NCBI GenBank assembly: GCA_902529935.1
Contig: CABZYK010000005.1
Span: forward strand, 10,688-74,687
Reading direction: 5' to 3'
Source: an uncultured SAR86 cluster bacterium
GTDB lineage: Bacteria > Pseudomonadota > Gammaproteobacteria > Magnimaribacterales > AG-339-G14
DNA length: 64,000 nucleotides
Below, piece by piece: positions 18,967-28,103 of the stretch. The notes beneath the pieces are model-generated. The model ran no database searches. It worked only from the letters and a program-made list of their open reading frames with translations, and was not told the DNA's origin. Position 1 is the stretch's first letter, and the number at the start of each line of letters is the position of its first letter. The position numbers and the translations under genes were made by a program.

Positions 18967-19982
18967 ACCTCTACTAATTGCTTACCAATATTTTGGCCAG
19001 TGAATAATCTATTTAAAGCATCCGGACAATTTTCGATTCCAGTTAAGATGTCTTCTTGATGTTTCAATTGATTATTTTTGAGATATTCCTCCAATTGTTC
19101 TAAGGCCTTTTGAGAATTTGGTAAATAATCCATCACTAAAAAACCCTCTATAGTTGCTCTTCTTATAACTAAATTCATAAGATTTCTGGGCCCGGGCAAG
19201 GGTTCGGTAGAGTTGTATCCTGAAATACCGCCACACAATAATACTTTGGCATTTAAATTTATATGATTGAGAGCTGACTCTAAAATTTCCCCTCCAACAT
19301 TATCAAAAAATAAATCTATTCCATTTTTAGCCTTTGTTTTAAGTTCATCAGCAACATTAGAGTTTTTATAATCGATGACTTCGTCTAGGTCACAATCATT
19401 TTTCAGCCAGCTGCATTTTCTTTCTCCACCCGCAATCCCGATAACATTACAGCCATTAAGTTTCGCAATCTGAGCAGCCACAGATCCGGTTGCTCCAGCT
19501 GCACCCGACACTAATACATTCATACCTTCTTTTACTTGACCAAGTTCAACCATTCCGTAATAGGCGGTTATACCAGTAGCTCCCAGGACATTTAATGTTG
19601 TTGGAATCGGAAATTTATCACTTAGCTTTCGAAATCTACCTGTATCCGAAGGAACTGTTTTGTTATAGGTTTGCCAGCCTGTAAAACCAATTACTAAATC
19701 TCCAACTTGATATTGATCGTTCTTTGACTCAACTACCTCTCCGACACCCATAGCTCTGACAACCTCATCTATCTGAACTGGAGGTAGGTACCCTGGAGCA
19801 TCATTTAGCCAGCCTCTTTGAGTAGGATCGAAAGAAATAAATTTATTCTTCAAAATAATTTCATTTTCAGAAATATCATCCATTTGTTCTTCTTGTAATT
19901 CAAAATCAGACTTTTTTGCCATTCCAATAGGCCTTTTTTTAAGAACCCATTTTTTATTTATGATTTCGTTTGAAATTGTCAT
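18963..19982 (-). CDS. NADP-dependent alkenal/enone oxidoreductase (MDR superfamily, YncB/CurA/PTGR1-like)
   Basis: Rossmann segment VSGAAGATGSVAAQIAKLNGCNVIGIAGG. Its 339 aa are collinear with leukotriene-B4 12-hydroxydehydrogenase/prostaglandin reductase-type enzymes as I recall them. Confidence 0.8.
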   Translation of the reverse strand: MTISNEIINKKWVLKKRPIGMAKKSDFELQEEQMDDISENEIILKNKFISFDPTQRGWLNDAPGYLPPVQIDEVVRAMGVGEVVESKNDQYQVGDLVIGFTGWQTYNKTVPSDTGRFRKLSDKFPIPTTLNVLGATGITAYYGMVELGQVKEGMNVLVSGAAGATGSVAAQIAKLNGCNVIGIAGGERKCSWLKNDCDLDEVIDYKNSNVADELKTKAKNGIDLFFDNVGGEILESALNHINLNAKVLLCGGISGYNSTEPLPGPRNLMNLVIRRATIEGFLVMDYLPNSQKALEQLEEYLKNNQLKHQEDILTGIENCPDALNRLFTGQNIGKQLVEV

Positions 19983-20041
19983 ATCACTCCCAATACTTTT
20001 TAATTTTATTTATATCGTCTTTAACGTTACTATTTAGCTTT

Positions 20042-20875
20042 ATGAAAGTCACTAAAAACATAGATTCCTATAATTTTGGCGCAAAAATTGAAGGTATAGA
20101 CCTATCCAAGGAATTATCAGAAGAACAAATAAACGAGATAAGGCAAACATGGATTGAAAATCAGGTTGTCTTTTTTCCAAACCAAAAAATTACGAATGAA
20201 GAGTTTGCACGATTTGCTAGGTATTTTGGAGATTACGGTGAAGATCCTTATCTAAAAGCGATGCCTGAGCATAATCATATTGTTGAGGTTAAACGATCTG
20301 CCAAAGAAAAAACGTCACCTTTTGGTGGAACTTGGCATTCTGATTGGTCTTTTTTAAAAAATCCTCCTGCCATGACTCTACTTTATTCAAAAATTATTCC
20401 GCCTGTAGGAGGCGACACACTTTTTGCTTCCACGAAAGATGCTTGTATCGATCTAGAGCCTAGCCTCAAAGATAGTATTAAAGATTTGTCCGGTGTTCAT
20501 AGCGCGATGTTGCCATATGCTGATGATGGATTTTATGCTACAGAATTAGAGGATAGATCCATGAACATAGTTACGAGCAAAAAAGCCAAAGCCATGCAAA
20601 ATCATCCGATCATTAAAGAACATAATGAATCTAAACTTGATACTCTTTTCGTTAATCCTGTTTATACAGTTGGGATAGATTCTAAGAGCGATGATGAAGC
20701 TGCAAGTTTATTAGCATCTCTATACGAGCATATTCTTCAAGATAAATATATTTATCGACACAAATGGACTGAAGATACTTTATTAATGTGGGATAACCGC
20801 TCTGTCATGCACATGGCTGAAGGGGGTTACGATGGCCATGACAGGCTTTTACACAGAATTACGATAGCTGGTTAA
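20042..20875 (+). CDS. Fe(II)/2-oxoglutarate dioxygenase, TauD/TfdA (AtsK) family
   Basis: WHSDWSF (His-x-Asp ligands), DNRSVMHMA and RLLHRITI C-terminal segments. The start is set to ATG 20042. The track start at 19970 adds 24 hydrophobic residues and overlaps the divergent gene. Confidence 0.8.
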   Translation: MKVTKNIDSYNFGAKIEGIDLSKELSEEQINEIRQTWIENQVVFFPNQKITNEEFARFARYFGDYGEDPYLKAMPEHNHIVEVKRSAKEKTSPFGGTWHSDWSFLKNPPAMTLLYSKIIPPVGGDTLFASTKDACIDLEPSLKDSIKDLSGVHSAMLPYADDGFYATELEDRSMNIVTSKKAKAMQNHPIIKEHNESKLDTLFVNPVYTVGIDSKSDDEAASLLASLYEHILQDKYIYRHKWTEDTLLMWDNRSVMHMAEGGYDGHDRLLHRITIAG

Positions 20876-22758
20876 TTACCAGAAAGTTCTAAACCTTCTA
20901 ATTTTCCTTCTTTACGCCATTTATTCATCATAGAAAAGAACTCCAATGGTCCGCCGCCGTAAGGATTATTTTGTGGTTCTAAATTAGGTTTACCTTCGTT
21001 GTTGTAATAACCAGGAGTACAACTCTCTCTGAAATCTCGCATATCACGAGACTTAGCTATTATTGTATCCACCCAATCTGCTTCAGCCTGTTTGGAAGCT
21101 TCTACATAAGTCAGTTTATCTTCTTTCATTTTCTTCAATATGTAAGACAGATGAATGCTTTGTTCATCGAGAGAGTGCGTGTAGTTAGCAGTGAATGCAC
21201 CTTGTTGAGGTCCAAAGAAAAAACAATTAGGAAAACCATTTGCGTGCATTCCGTGAAGGGTAGATAAACCATCTTGCCATTTTTTGGAAACGCTTAAACC
21301 GTTCTTGCCGTAAATTTCATAACCGCATCTTCTGGTGTACTCAGTGCCAACCTCAAATCCAGTAGCAAATATAATGCAGTCAACTTCATACTCCTTGCCA
21401 TTGAAAATTATTCCTTTTTCAGTGATCGTATCCACACCTTTGCCGTCTGTATCAACTAATTCAACGTTATCGTTATTAAAAGCAGACAAATATTCATCAT
21501 GAAAACAAGGACGTTTACAGAATTGTCGATAATAGGGTTTAAGTGATTCTGCAGTTTCTGGATCATTGACAACAGAATCAGCCCTGGCTCTAATTTGTTC
21601 CATTTTTTCAAAGTCAGCCATTTCAACTTGTTTGGCTAAATTTTTAACTCCAACATGGGACATGAATTTACCTTGAAGATAAGATCTTAATCCCTCGGTA
21701 TAGAGTTTTCTTGAAAATACAGAACCCAAAGTCCAAAGAAAAATTCTAAATCTGGAAGGACCGTTATTTAACATGGCACCCAATATTCTCCTAAAAACTT
21801 CCGTCCATCCATCGTTGACTAAATCTTTGCCATTTACATTTCCTGTTAAAAAACCTTCAAAATTTTCTCTTCTTTTAGCTTGCCAACCGGGCGATTGATT
21901 TAGAAACCAATCTTCGTTGGTTTCTGTATTATTTCTTTCATCGATAGAAGAGGGCGTCCTTTGAAATACATACAATTGCTTTGCAGACTCTGCTAGGTGA
22001 GGTATGCATTGGACTGCAGTTGCGCCTGTGCCAATAACAGCCACTCTTTTATCTTTAAGGTTAGATAAATTTCCCTTTGAAGATCCTCCTGTGTATTGAT
22101 AATCCCATCTACTGGTATGGAAAGTATGCCCCTTGTAGTCATTAATTCCATTTATTGCAGGTAATTTAGGGCGATTAAGAGGTCCATTGGCATGAACAAC
22201 ATAATTACATTTAATCTTATCTCCCTTATTAGTATTTATTTCCCAGAGTCGTTCGTCGTCTTTCCATCTAACGTCGTTTACTTCAGTTTGGAAAATAGCA
22301 TGCTCTTTCAACCCAAATTTTTCTGAGATAACATCAAAATATTCTAAAGTTTCGGGTGCGTTGGTGTATTTTTTGCCAGGTATGAATTTAGTTTCTTCCA
22401 ACAAAGGAAAATAGATATAGGATTCTATATCGCACGATGCGCCTGGATATCTGTTCCAATACCAAGTACCTCCAAAGTTACCGCCTTTCTCAATGATTTT
22501 AAAATCAGAAAACCCAGCTTCTTTGAGTCTAGATGCAGCCAGAACACCACCAAAACCGCCTCCAATGATCACTATTTCATAAGAATCAGTTAAAGCTTGC
22601 CTTTCTATTGCATTTTTTATGTAGGGATCATCAACAAAATAAGAGAAATCTCCACTTACTTCTTGATATTGATCATTCCCATCTTCACGAAGACGTTTAT
22701 CTCTTTCTTGTCTGTATTTATCTCTGAGATAATCAGGATCAAAAGAATAATTTTGCAT
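20872..22758 (-). CDS. Baeyer-Villiger (flavin, type I) monooxygenase
   Basis: FAD motif IIGGGFGG, BVMO fingerprint YKGHTFHTSRWD, second Rossmann VIGTGATAVQ. N-terminus YLRDKYRQERDKRLREDG is typical of CHMO/CPDMO-like enzymes. The start is set to ATG 22758, preceded by GAGGAAATAAAA. Confidence 0.85.
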   Translation of the reverse strand: MQNYSFDPDYLRDKYRQERDKRLREDGNDQYQEVSGDFSYFVDDPYIKNAIERQALTDSYEIVIIGGGFGGVLAASRLKEAGFSDFKIIEKGGNFGGTWYWNRYPGASCDIESYIYFPLLEETKFIPGKKYTNAPETLEYFDVISEKFGLKEHAIFQTEVNDVRWKDDERLWEINTNKGDKIKCNYVVHANGPLNRPKLPAINGINDYKGHTFHTSRWDYQYTGGSSKGNLSNLKDKRVAVIGTGATAVQCIPHLAESAKQLYVFQRTPSSIDERNNTETNEDWFLNQSPGWQAKRRENFEGFLTGNVNGKDLVNDGWTEVFRRILGAMLNNGPSRFRIFLWTLGSVFSRKLYTEGLRSYLQGKFMSHVGVKNLAKQVEMADFEKMEQIRARADSVVNDPETAESLKPYYRQFCKRPCFHDEYLSAFNNDNVELVDTDGKGVDTITEKGIIFNGKEYEVDCIIFATGFEVGTEYTRRCGYEIYGKNGLSVSKKWQDGLSTLHGMHANGFPNCFFFGPQQGAFTANYTHSLDEQSIHLSYILKKMKEDKLTYVEASKQAEADWVDTIIAKSRDMRDFRESCTPGYYNNEGKPNLEPQNNPYGGGPLEFFSMMNKWRKEGKLEGLELSGN

Positions 22759-22850
22759 TTTTATTTCCTCACGCAGGGATAATTTATCATATTCACGCGC
22801 AAGCAAAAAATATTCAAAAATAGTAAAGTAGCTAAACAAATTATATAAAC

Positions 22851-22926
<76 letters not shown>

Positions 22927-22938
22927 TAAAATCTAATC

Positions 22939-23337
22939 ATGGAATTATCAAATAAAAAGATTTCTTTTCCTTGGTGGTTTTCTTTAATTTTATTTTTATT
23001 AGTTTCACCGATGTTTTACGGTCCGCTAATCGCATTAGTAAATCCTTCTTTTTTTGGAGGGACTGGCGAAACTGAACTTAATCTTGGTATTATGCTATTT
23101 ATTGCAAGAAATCTTGCAATCGGATTAGCTTTTCTTTTTGCTATTTACATTAAGAATGGACCTATGCTCTTTGTACTTATTTTAGTTAGATTAATTACAG
23201 ATTTAATTGATGCTCCTGCATTTCAAATTTTCCGAGAACCTCCATTAGTAGCTCAAATGATAATTTTTACGTTGCTGTGTTATCTGCCAGCCTTCTTTGG
23301 ATTGCGTTTCCTTTGGAAAGAAATGAGGAATGACTGA
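22939..23337 (+). CDS. Hypothetical integral membrane protein (about 4 TM helices)
   Basis: Hydrophobic 132-aa ORF starting 12 nt after tRNA-Ala. No family recognised. Confidence 0.55.
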   Translation: MELSNKKISFPWWFSLILFLLVSPMFYGPLIALVNPSFFGGTGETELNLGIMLFIARNLAIGLAFLFAIYIKNGPMLFVLILVRLITDLIDAPAFQIFREPPLVAQMIIFTLLCYLPAFFGLRFLWKEMRND

Positions 23338-24071
23338 TGGAAATATTTATTAATAAGAGATTCAATGGTCCGCCTAATTCAGGAAATGGAGGGTACGTTG
23401 CAGGGTTGATTGCAAAAGAAATAGGAAAATGCTGCGAAGTTAAATTGGTTGCGCCACCACCGCTTGAGAAAAAATTATTACTCAAAAAAAGTAATGAAAA
23501 TTATGAATTGTATGACGGCGAAACTTTAGTGTGTATTGCGAACACAACTACAATTGATAACGATCCGTGTGAATTTGTCAGCTTTTCAGATGCTCTTATT
23601 GGTTCTAAGAATGGATTAAGTAAATTTGAACCCATTCATGCATTGCCAGATTGTTTTGTATGCGGCCCAAATAGAAAGGAAGGTGATGGATTGAGACTAT
23701 TCACAGGTCCTCAAGATTTAGATTCCAAACCTTCTGAGGATGATTTAGTTTCAACTACTTGGGTTCCTGATAAAGGCCTCAGCTCTGATGGAAAACATAT
23801 TAACAGCGAGTACCTCTGGAGTGCCATGGATTGTCCAAGCGGATGGTCTGCCCACTTTGGAAGACATAGAAATGAATTGGAAGGGCAATTAGTTGTTTTA
23901 GGAAAATTAGCAGTAGAGATCATAAGAGTTCCAAGAGTAGAAGAAAAATGCATCATCACAGCAAAGTATTCTGATAAAAGCGGAAGAAAAGTACTTACCA
24001 ATATATCTATGTACAGCGCTGAACAAGAATTACTTGCAAACGGAAATGCTACTTGGATACTGATTTCCTAA
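23337..24071 (+). CDS. Hotdog-fold thioesterase-like protein
   Basis: CFVCGPNRKEGDGLRLF is typical of PaaI/4HBT-type hotdog proteins. N-terminal GPPNSGNGGYVAG. The start overlaps the previous stop (TGATG). Confidence 0.55.
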   Translation: MEIFINKRFNGPPNSGNGGYVAGLIAKEIGKCCEVKLVAPPPLEKKLLLKKSNENYELYDGETLVCIANTTTIDNDPCEFVSFSDALIGSKNGLSKFEPIHALPDCFVCGPNRKEGDGLRLFTGPQDLDSKPSEDDLVSTTWVPDKGLSSDGKHINSEYLWSAMDCPSGWSAHFGRHRNELEGQLVVLGKLAVEIIRVPRVEEKCIITAKYSDKSGRKVLTNISMYSAEQELLANGNATWILIS

Positions 24072-24109
24072 TCACATTCAGATTATTTATAGATTAAAAT
24101 GAAACAATT

Positions 24110-24307
24110 ATGTTTATTGCATCGGTGATACTTTTATCCATATGGGAGATATATTGGACAGCAAAAGCCTGCTGGAAAGCAGCTCAAGCAAAAGAGGGTT
24201 ATTGGTTTATTTTTATGTTGGCGTTTAATCTCTTAGGAATACCGGAAATCTATTATCTGCATTTTAGAAAAGATAAAGATGCGTTGGAAGATATGAAAAA
24301 TCGCTAA
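24110..24307 (+). CDS. Small two-TM membrane protein (possibly PLDc_N-type)
   Basis: 65 aa with two hydrophobic helices and Trp/Tyr-rich boundaries (IWEIYWTAKACWKA...GYWFIFMLAFNLLGIPEIYYL). Weak family resemblance only. Confidence 0.45.
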   Translation: MFIASVILLSIWEIYWTAKACWKAAQAKEGYWFIFMLAFNLLGIPEIYYLHFRKDKDALEDMKNR

Positions 24308-24339
24308 AAATTAGTAAAATAATATCTAGAGGTACAAAT

Positions 24340-24912
24340 ATGGCTGAAAAATTAGCAAAATTCACAACTATGACCAAAGGTACAGCTGAGGATTATCAAA
24401 TAATCGCCGAAGCTAGTATGCAGCACAGTGTCAATCTTCCAGACCGAATGATTGAACACCTAGAGTTATTGAAAGGCGATCACGGTGGTTTTGCAGTAGA
24501 TAGATACACTCACTGTTTGCAAACTGCAACTAGGGCAATGCGCGATGGTAGAGATGAAGAATATATTGTTTGCGCGCTCCTTCACGATATTGGAGATACT
24601 TTAGCGCCAGCGAATCATGCAGATTTTGCAGCTACCATGCTTGAACCATTTATTTCCGAAAAAAACTATTGGATTCTTAAGCATCACGGAATTTTTCAGG
24701 GCTACTACTTTTTTGACTTCTTAGGATTGGATAAAAACATGAGAGATAAATTCAAAGGTAATCCGCATTGGAAAGATTGTGCAGAATTTTGTGCAAAATA
24801 CGATCAAAATTCTTTTGATCCAGAATACGATACAGAGCCTATTGAGACATTTATTCCTATGCTAAGGAATGTACTCTCTCAAACTAAAAAATCTATTTAC
24901 AAAGCTAGTTAA
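24340..24912 (+). CDS. HD-domain metalloprotein, COG4341 / PhnZ-TmpB-like
   Basis: H-x24-HD spacing (THCLQTA ... LLHDIGD), a later HH, and a C-terminal KYDQNSFDP segment. About 190 aa. GAGG SD upstream. Confidence 0.7.
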   Translation: MAEKLAKFTTMTKGTAEDYQIIAEASMQHSVNLPDRMIEHLELLKGDHGGFAVDRYTHCLQTATRAMRDGRDEEYIVCALLHDIGDTLAPANHADFAATMLEPFISEKNYWILKHHGIFQGYYFFDFLGLDKNMRDKFKGNPHWKDCAEFCAKYDQNSFDPEYDTEPIETFIPMLRNVLSQTKKSIYKAS

Positions 24913-25817
24913 GATTTTTTTGGTTCTGCCTTTTTTTGAACCTCAGAATCATGATTCTTCTTAGTTTCAACTAGGTTTCCAATAACTCTATCTAATTGAT
25001 CTAGAGACCATAGCTCCTCAGATAAGAAAGACTCAATCACAGCAGGTTGCTGCATAATTCCTACCGTTCCGTTTTGAACATGAATTATTTGATTGGTTAC
25101 ATCAGATGCTTCATCACAGCATAACCAAGTAATAACAGGAGCTAGTTGTTGTGGGCCTTGTTTCCAATCATTCACATCGACATCTCTACCTGCAGCTTTA
25201 ATCAAGTCAATGGTCATTCTGGTAGCTGCCCCAGGCGAGATTGTATTTACGGTACACTTATATTTTGCCATTTCAAAAGATAGGCTTCTGGTAAACCCTG
25301 CAATACCAGCCTTAGCAGCTCCGTAATTGGTTTGTCCAAAATTTCCATACAATCCAGAAACCGACGACATATTTATTATTCTGCAGTCCATCCTATTAGT
25401 TTCTCTTATATAAGAGACAAAAGGCTTGGTGCAATTAAAATGACCCTTGAGATGAACCGCTATAACTTGATCCCAATCATTTTCTTCCATATTAAAAAGA
25501 GTTTTGTCTCTTAAAATCCCTGCATTATTGATCAGGATATCCATTCCACCAAATGCATCTATGGCTGTTTGAAAAATATTTTGTCCTCCAGCAAATTCGG
25601 AAACGCTATCATAATTTGCTACTGCATCTCCGCCAGCAGATTTAATTTCTTCTACTACTTCATCTGCTATTTGAGTCCCGCCTGTACCATCTGTATTACC
25701 GCCCAAATCATTAACAACGACCTTGGCGCCCTCACCAGCTAAAAAAAGTGCAGTTTCTTTACCGATACCGCGGCCAGCTCCAGTTACTACAGCAATCTTG
25801 CCATTTAATCTTCCCAT
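24909..25817 (-). CDS. Short-chain dehydrogenase, MFE-2/HSD17B4-type (D-specific 3-hydroxyacyl-CoA dehydrogenase-like)
   Basis: [11 protein letters not shown] cofactor motif, VVVNDLGG...[10 protein letters not shown], and catalytic [21 protein letters not shown]. The protein is collinear with the N-terminal dehydrogenase domain of peroxisomal multifunctional enzyme 2 as I recall it. Confidence 0.88.
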   Translation of the reverse strand: MGRLNGKIAVVTGAGRGIGKETALFLAGEGAKVVVNDLGGNTDGTGGTQIADEVVEEIKSAGGDAVANYDSVSEFAGGQNIFQTAIDAFGGMDILINNAGILRDKTLFNMEENDWDQVIAVHLKGHFNCTKPFVSYIRETNRMDCRIINMSSVSGLYGNFGQTNYGAAKAGIAGFTRSLSFEMAKYKCTVNTISPGAATRMTIDLIKAAGRDVDVNDWKQGPQQLAPVITWLCCDEASDVTNQIIHVQNGTVGIMQQPAVIESFLSEELWSLDQLDRVIGNLVETKKNHDSEVQKKAEPKKS

Positions 25818-25885
25818 GATTTCCCCCTATTAATTTAATGCATTATTTTTATCACTAAAGTATATTATTTTTTTTAATCAAATAA

Positions 25886-27337
25886 ATGTCAGAAGTAAAA
25901 GAATTTAAAGTTTCAAACCTTACACTTTTTCTACATTCAGCAGGATCAGGCGTTGTAGGGATTAAAAATGTAATTTTTGGTGCTTGGGTTCTTTTGTATT
26001 ACAACCAAGTATTAGGTTTGCAGCCATATTTAGCTTCAATTGCTATTGGTGTTTCTCTTTTTTTCGATGCCATATCGGATCCTCTGGTTGGAGTTTGGTC
26101 AGATCGAATTAGATCTAGGCTAGGAAGGAGACATCCTTTTATATATGCCAGTATCATTCCCTTAGCAATATGCGTTTGGTTATTATTCACGCCGCCTAAT
26201 TCTTATGACCAGAGTTACTTGTTTATAAAATTGCTCGTTTTAACAATACTCATTAGGTTAGCTATCACCTTTTTCGAAACTCCTAGGGCTGCTTTAGGTC
26301 CAGAATTAACCAAAGATTACGATAGAAGAAATTTACTCAATGGGATGGGTATTTTCTTTGGATATGTTGGAGCAATAGTCATTGGGTTCGTGATGCTTGA
26401 ATATTTTTTACCTGAAACAGAGCAATTTCAGGGCTCAACAGCTTTCTTAAACCCAGAAGGATACGAAAAGCTTGCTTATTTTGCTGCTTTCCTAGTGATA
26501 ATTTTAGGAGTAACAGCTGCATCCAGTACTCATAAACATATTAAGGATCTTCATGTTGTTGAACCATCAGGACCAATTAAATTAAAAAATGTTTTAGCAG
26601 AAGTCATAGAGGCGCTCTCTAATAGATCATGGTTGATGATCTTTCTTGCTGGGTGTCTGTATGCTCTTTTTTTGGGATTAAATAATGGTATAGCTAATTA
26701 CATCAGTGTTTATTTTTGGCAGTGGACTCCGTCAGATATATCCATCTTTCCCTTAGCAGGGGGAATCTCTGCAATTATTGGAGCAGTTATCGCAGTAGCA
26801 ATTTCTAAAGGAAGAGAAAAAAGAATTATTGCACTTTTAGCTTTTACTGGAACAATTGCAATTTCATATATTCCATTCATTCTAAGACTAGTTGATCCTT
26901 ATTTTGAAGTGCAGACTTTCCCTCTTAACGGATCCGATGCTCTCTGGTGGGTGATGTTAATGCATCTATGTGTAACTGATATCTTCTCTGTAATGGGTTG
27001 GGTAGTTATGATTTCAATGATGTTTGATGTTGTTGAGGATAGCCAAATGAGAACAGGAAGGAGAGACGAAGGACTCTTTTTGTCTGGTCCGGGATTATTT
27101 CAAAAAATATTTTCAGGTCTTGGTGTTTTTATAATAGGTTTTGTATTGCAGTTCCTAGGTTTCGATAACTCTCAATCTAACGTTGAGCAGATGCAAGAAC
27201 CCATCAATAACTTAGTCATTTTTGTATGCATCAGTGGGCCAATACTAAATTTTGCTGGATTAGGATTCATTTACTTTTATTCTATAACTAGAGATTCGCA
27301 TACTTCCGCAGTTGACGAGTTAGGCTATAAGACATAA
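25886..27337 (+). CDS. MFS symporter, glycoside-pentoside-hexuronide (GPH/MelB/MFSD2-like) family
   Basis: About 12 TM helices. GPH loop motif DAISDPLVGVWSDRIRSRLGRRHPF. Confidence 0.85.
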   Translation: MSEVKEFKVSNLTLFLHSAGSGVVGIKNVIFGAWVLLYYNQVLGLQPYLASIAIGVSLFFDAISDPLVGVWSDRIRSRLGRRHPFIYASIIPLAICVWLLFTPPNSYDQSYLFIKLLVLTILIRLAITFFETPRAALGPELTKDYDRRNLLNGMGIFFGYVGAIVIGFVMLEYFLPETEQFQGSTAFLNPEGYEKLAYFAAFLVIILGVTAASSTHKHIKDLHVVEPSGPIKLKNVLAEVIEALSNRSWLMIFLAGCLYALFLGLNNGIANYISVYFWQWTPSDISIFPLAGGISAIIGAVIAVAISKGREKRIIALLAFTGTIAISYIPFILRLVDPYFEVQTFPLNGSDALWWVMLMHLCVTDIFSVMGWVVMISMMFDVVEDSQMRTGRRDEGLFLSGPGLFQKIFSGLGVFIIGFVLQFLGFDNSQSNVEQMQEPINNLVIFVCISGPILNFAGLGFIYFYSITRDSHTSAVDELGYKT

Positions 27338-28099
27338 ATGTTTTTTCCTTTATACGACGATAATCCAACATCCATAAGGCCTTACGTAACGCAATTTATT
27401 GTTGTTGCTTGTACGATAGTTTTTGTTTTTCAATTTCTTGCTGGAATGCCTGGACAATTATTTTTGGATTTTGGTTTTATACCAGATCGATTTTTTTCCA
27501 ATTCTTTTTTTGATTTAACAATTATCTCATCAATGTTTCTCCATGGCGGTATTGCCCATATCGTAGGTAACATGGTTTACCTATGGATTTTTGGCGACAA
27601 CGTAGAAGAATCCATGGGAAGGATAAGGTTTGTATTGTTTTATATTACTTGCGGTCTTATTGCTGCTTTGTCTCAAGCTTTAGTTAATCCTGATTCAAAC
27701 ATACCGATGGTAGGGGCAAGCGGGGCAATAGCTGGTGTTCTCGGCGCATATTTAATGCTGCATCCAAGAGCCAATGTCAGCTGTTTTGTCTTTTTAATCA
27801 TTTTTATACAAGTCATAAGAATCCCCGCATTTCTTGTATTAGGTTTTTGGATTTTAGGTCAGTTTTTTAGTCTTCCAAGCTCGTTGCAAGATGAAGGCGG
27901 AGTTGCTTATTTAGCTCATATCGGTGGGTTTATTGCCGGGATGATACTTGTTCCTTTTTTTAAAAAGAAAGATGTAAAATTATTCGATATTCCTCATACA
28001 AAACCATGGCAAAACGCGAACATGAATTTTCAAAATGAAAATCCAAGAGACTTTCTCAAAGACTTCATAAATAAATCAGAAGATAAGTATAGGAAGTAG
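27338..28099 (+). CDS. Rhomboid-family intramembrane serine protease
   Basis: Catalytic GASGAIAG (Ser) and HIGGF (His) in TM helices, plus an HGG..H.vgNM segment. The ATG directly follows the preceding TAA (27335-27340). Confidence 0.9.
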   Translation: MFFPLYDDNPTSIRPYVTQFIVVACTIVFVFQFLAGMPGQLFLDFGFIPDRFFSNSFFDLTIISSMFLHGGIAHIVGNMVYLWIFGDNVEESMGRIRFVLFYITCGLIAALSQALVNPDSNIPMVGASGAIAGVLGAYLMLHPRANVSCFVFLIIFIQVIRIPAFLVLGFWILGQFFSLPSSLQDEGGVAYLAHIGGFIAGMILVPFFKKKDVKLFDIPHTKPWQNANMNFQNENPRDFLKDFINKSEDKYRK

Positions 28100-28103
28100 T
28101 CTG

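Noticed and set aside
19970-20041. Upstream start for the TauD-family gene, which would add 24 hydrophobic residues that look like a signal peptide
   Set aside because: The extension overlaps the start of the divergent oxidoreductase gene. TauD-family enzymes are cytoplasmic, and MKVTKNIDSYNFGAKIEGIDLSK aligns with the usual family N-terminus.
22759-22839. TTG-started 27-codon N-terminal extension of the Baeyer-Villiger monooxygenase that reaches almost to tRNA-Ala
   Set aside because: The internal ATG at 22758 has a strong SD (GAGGAAATAAAA) and gives the typical BVMO N-terminus. The extension would leave no promoter space.
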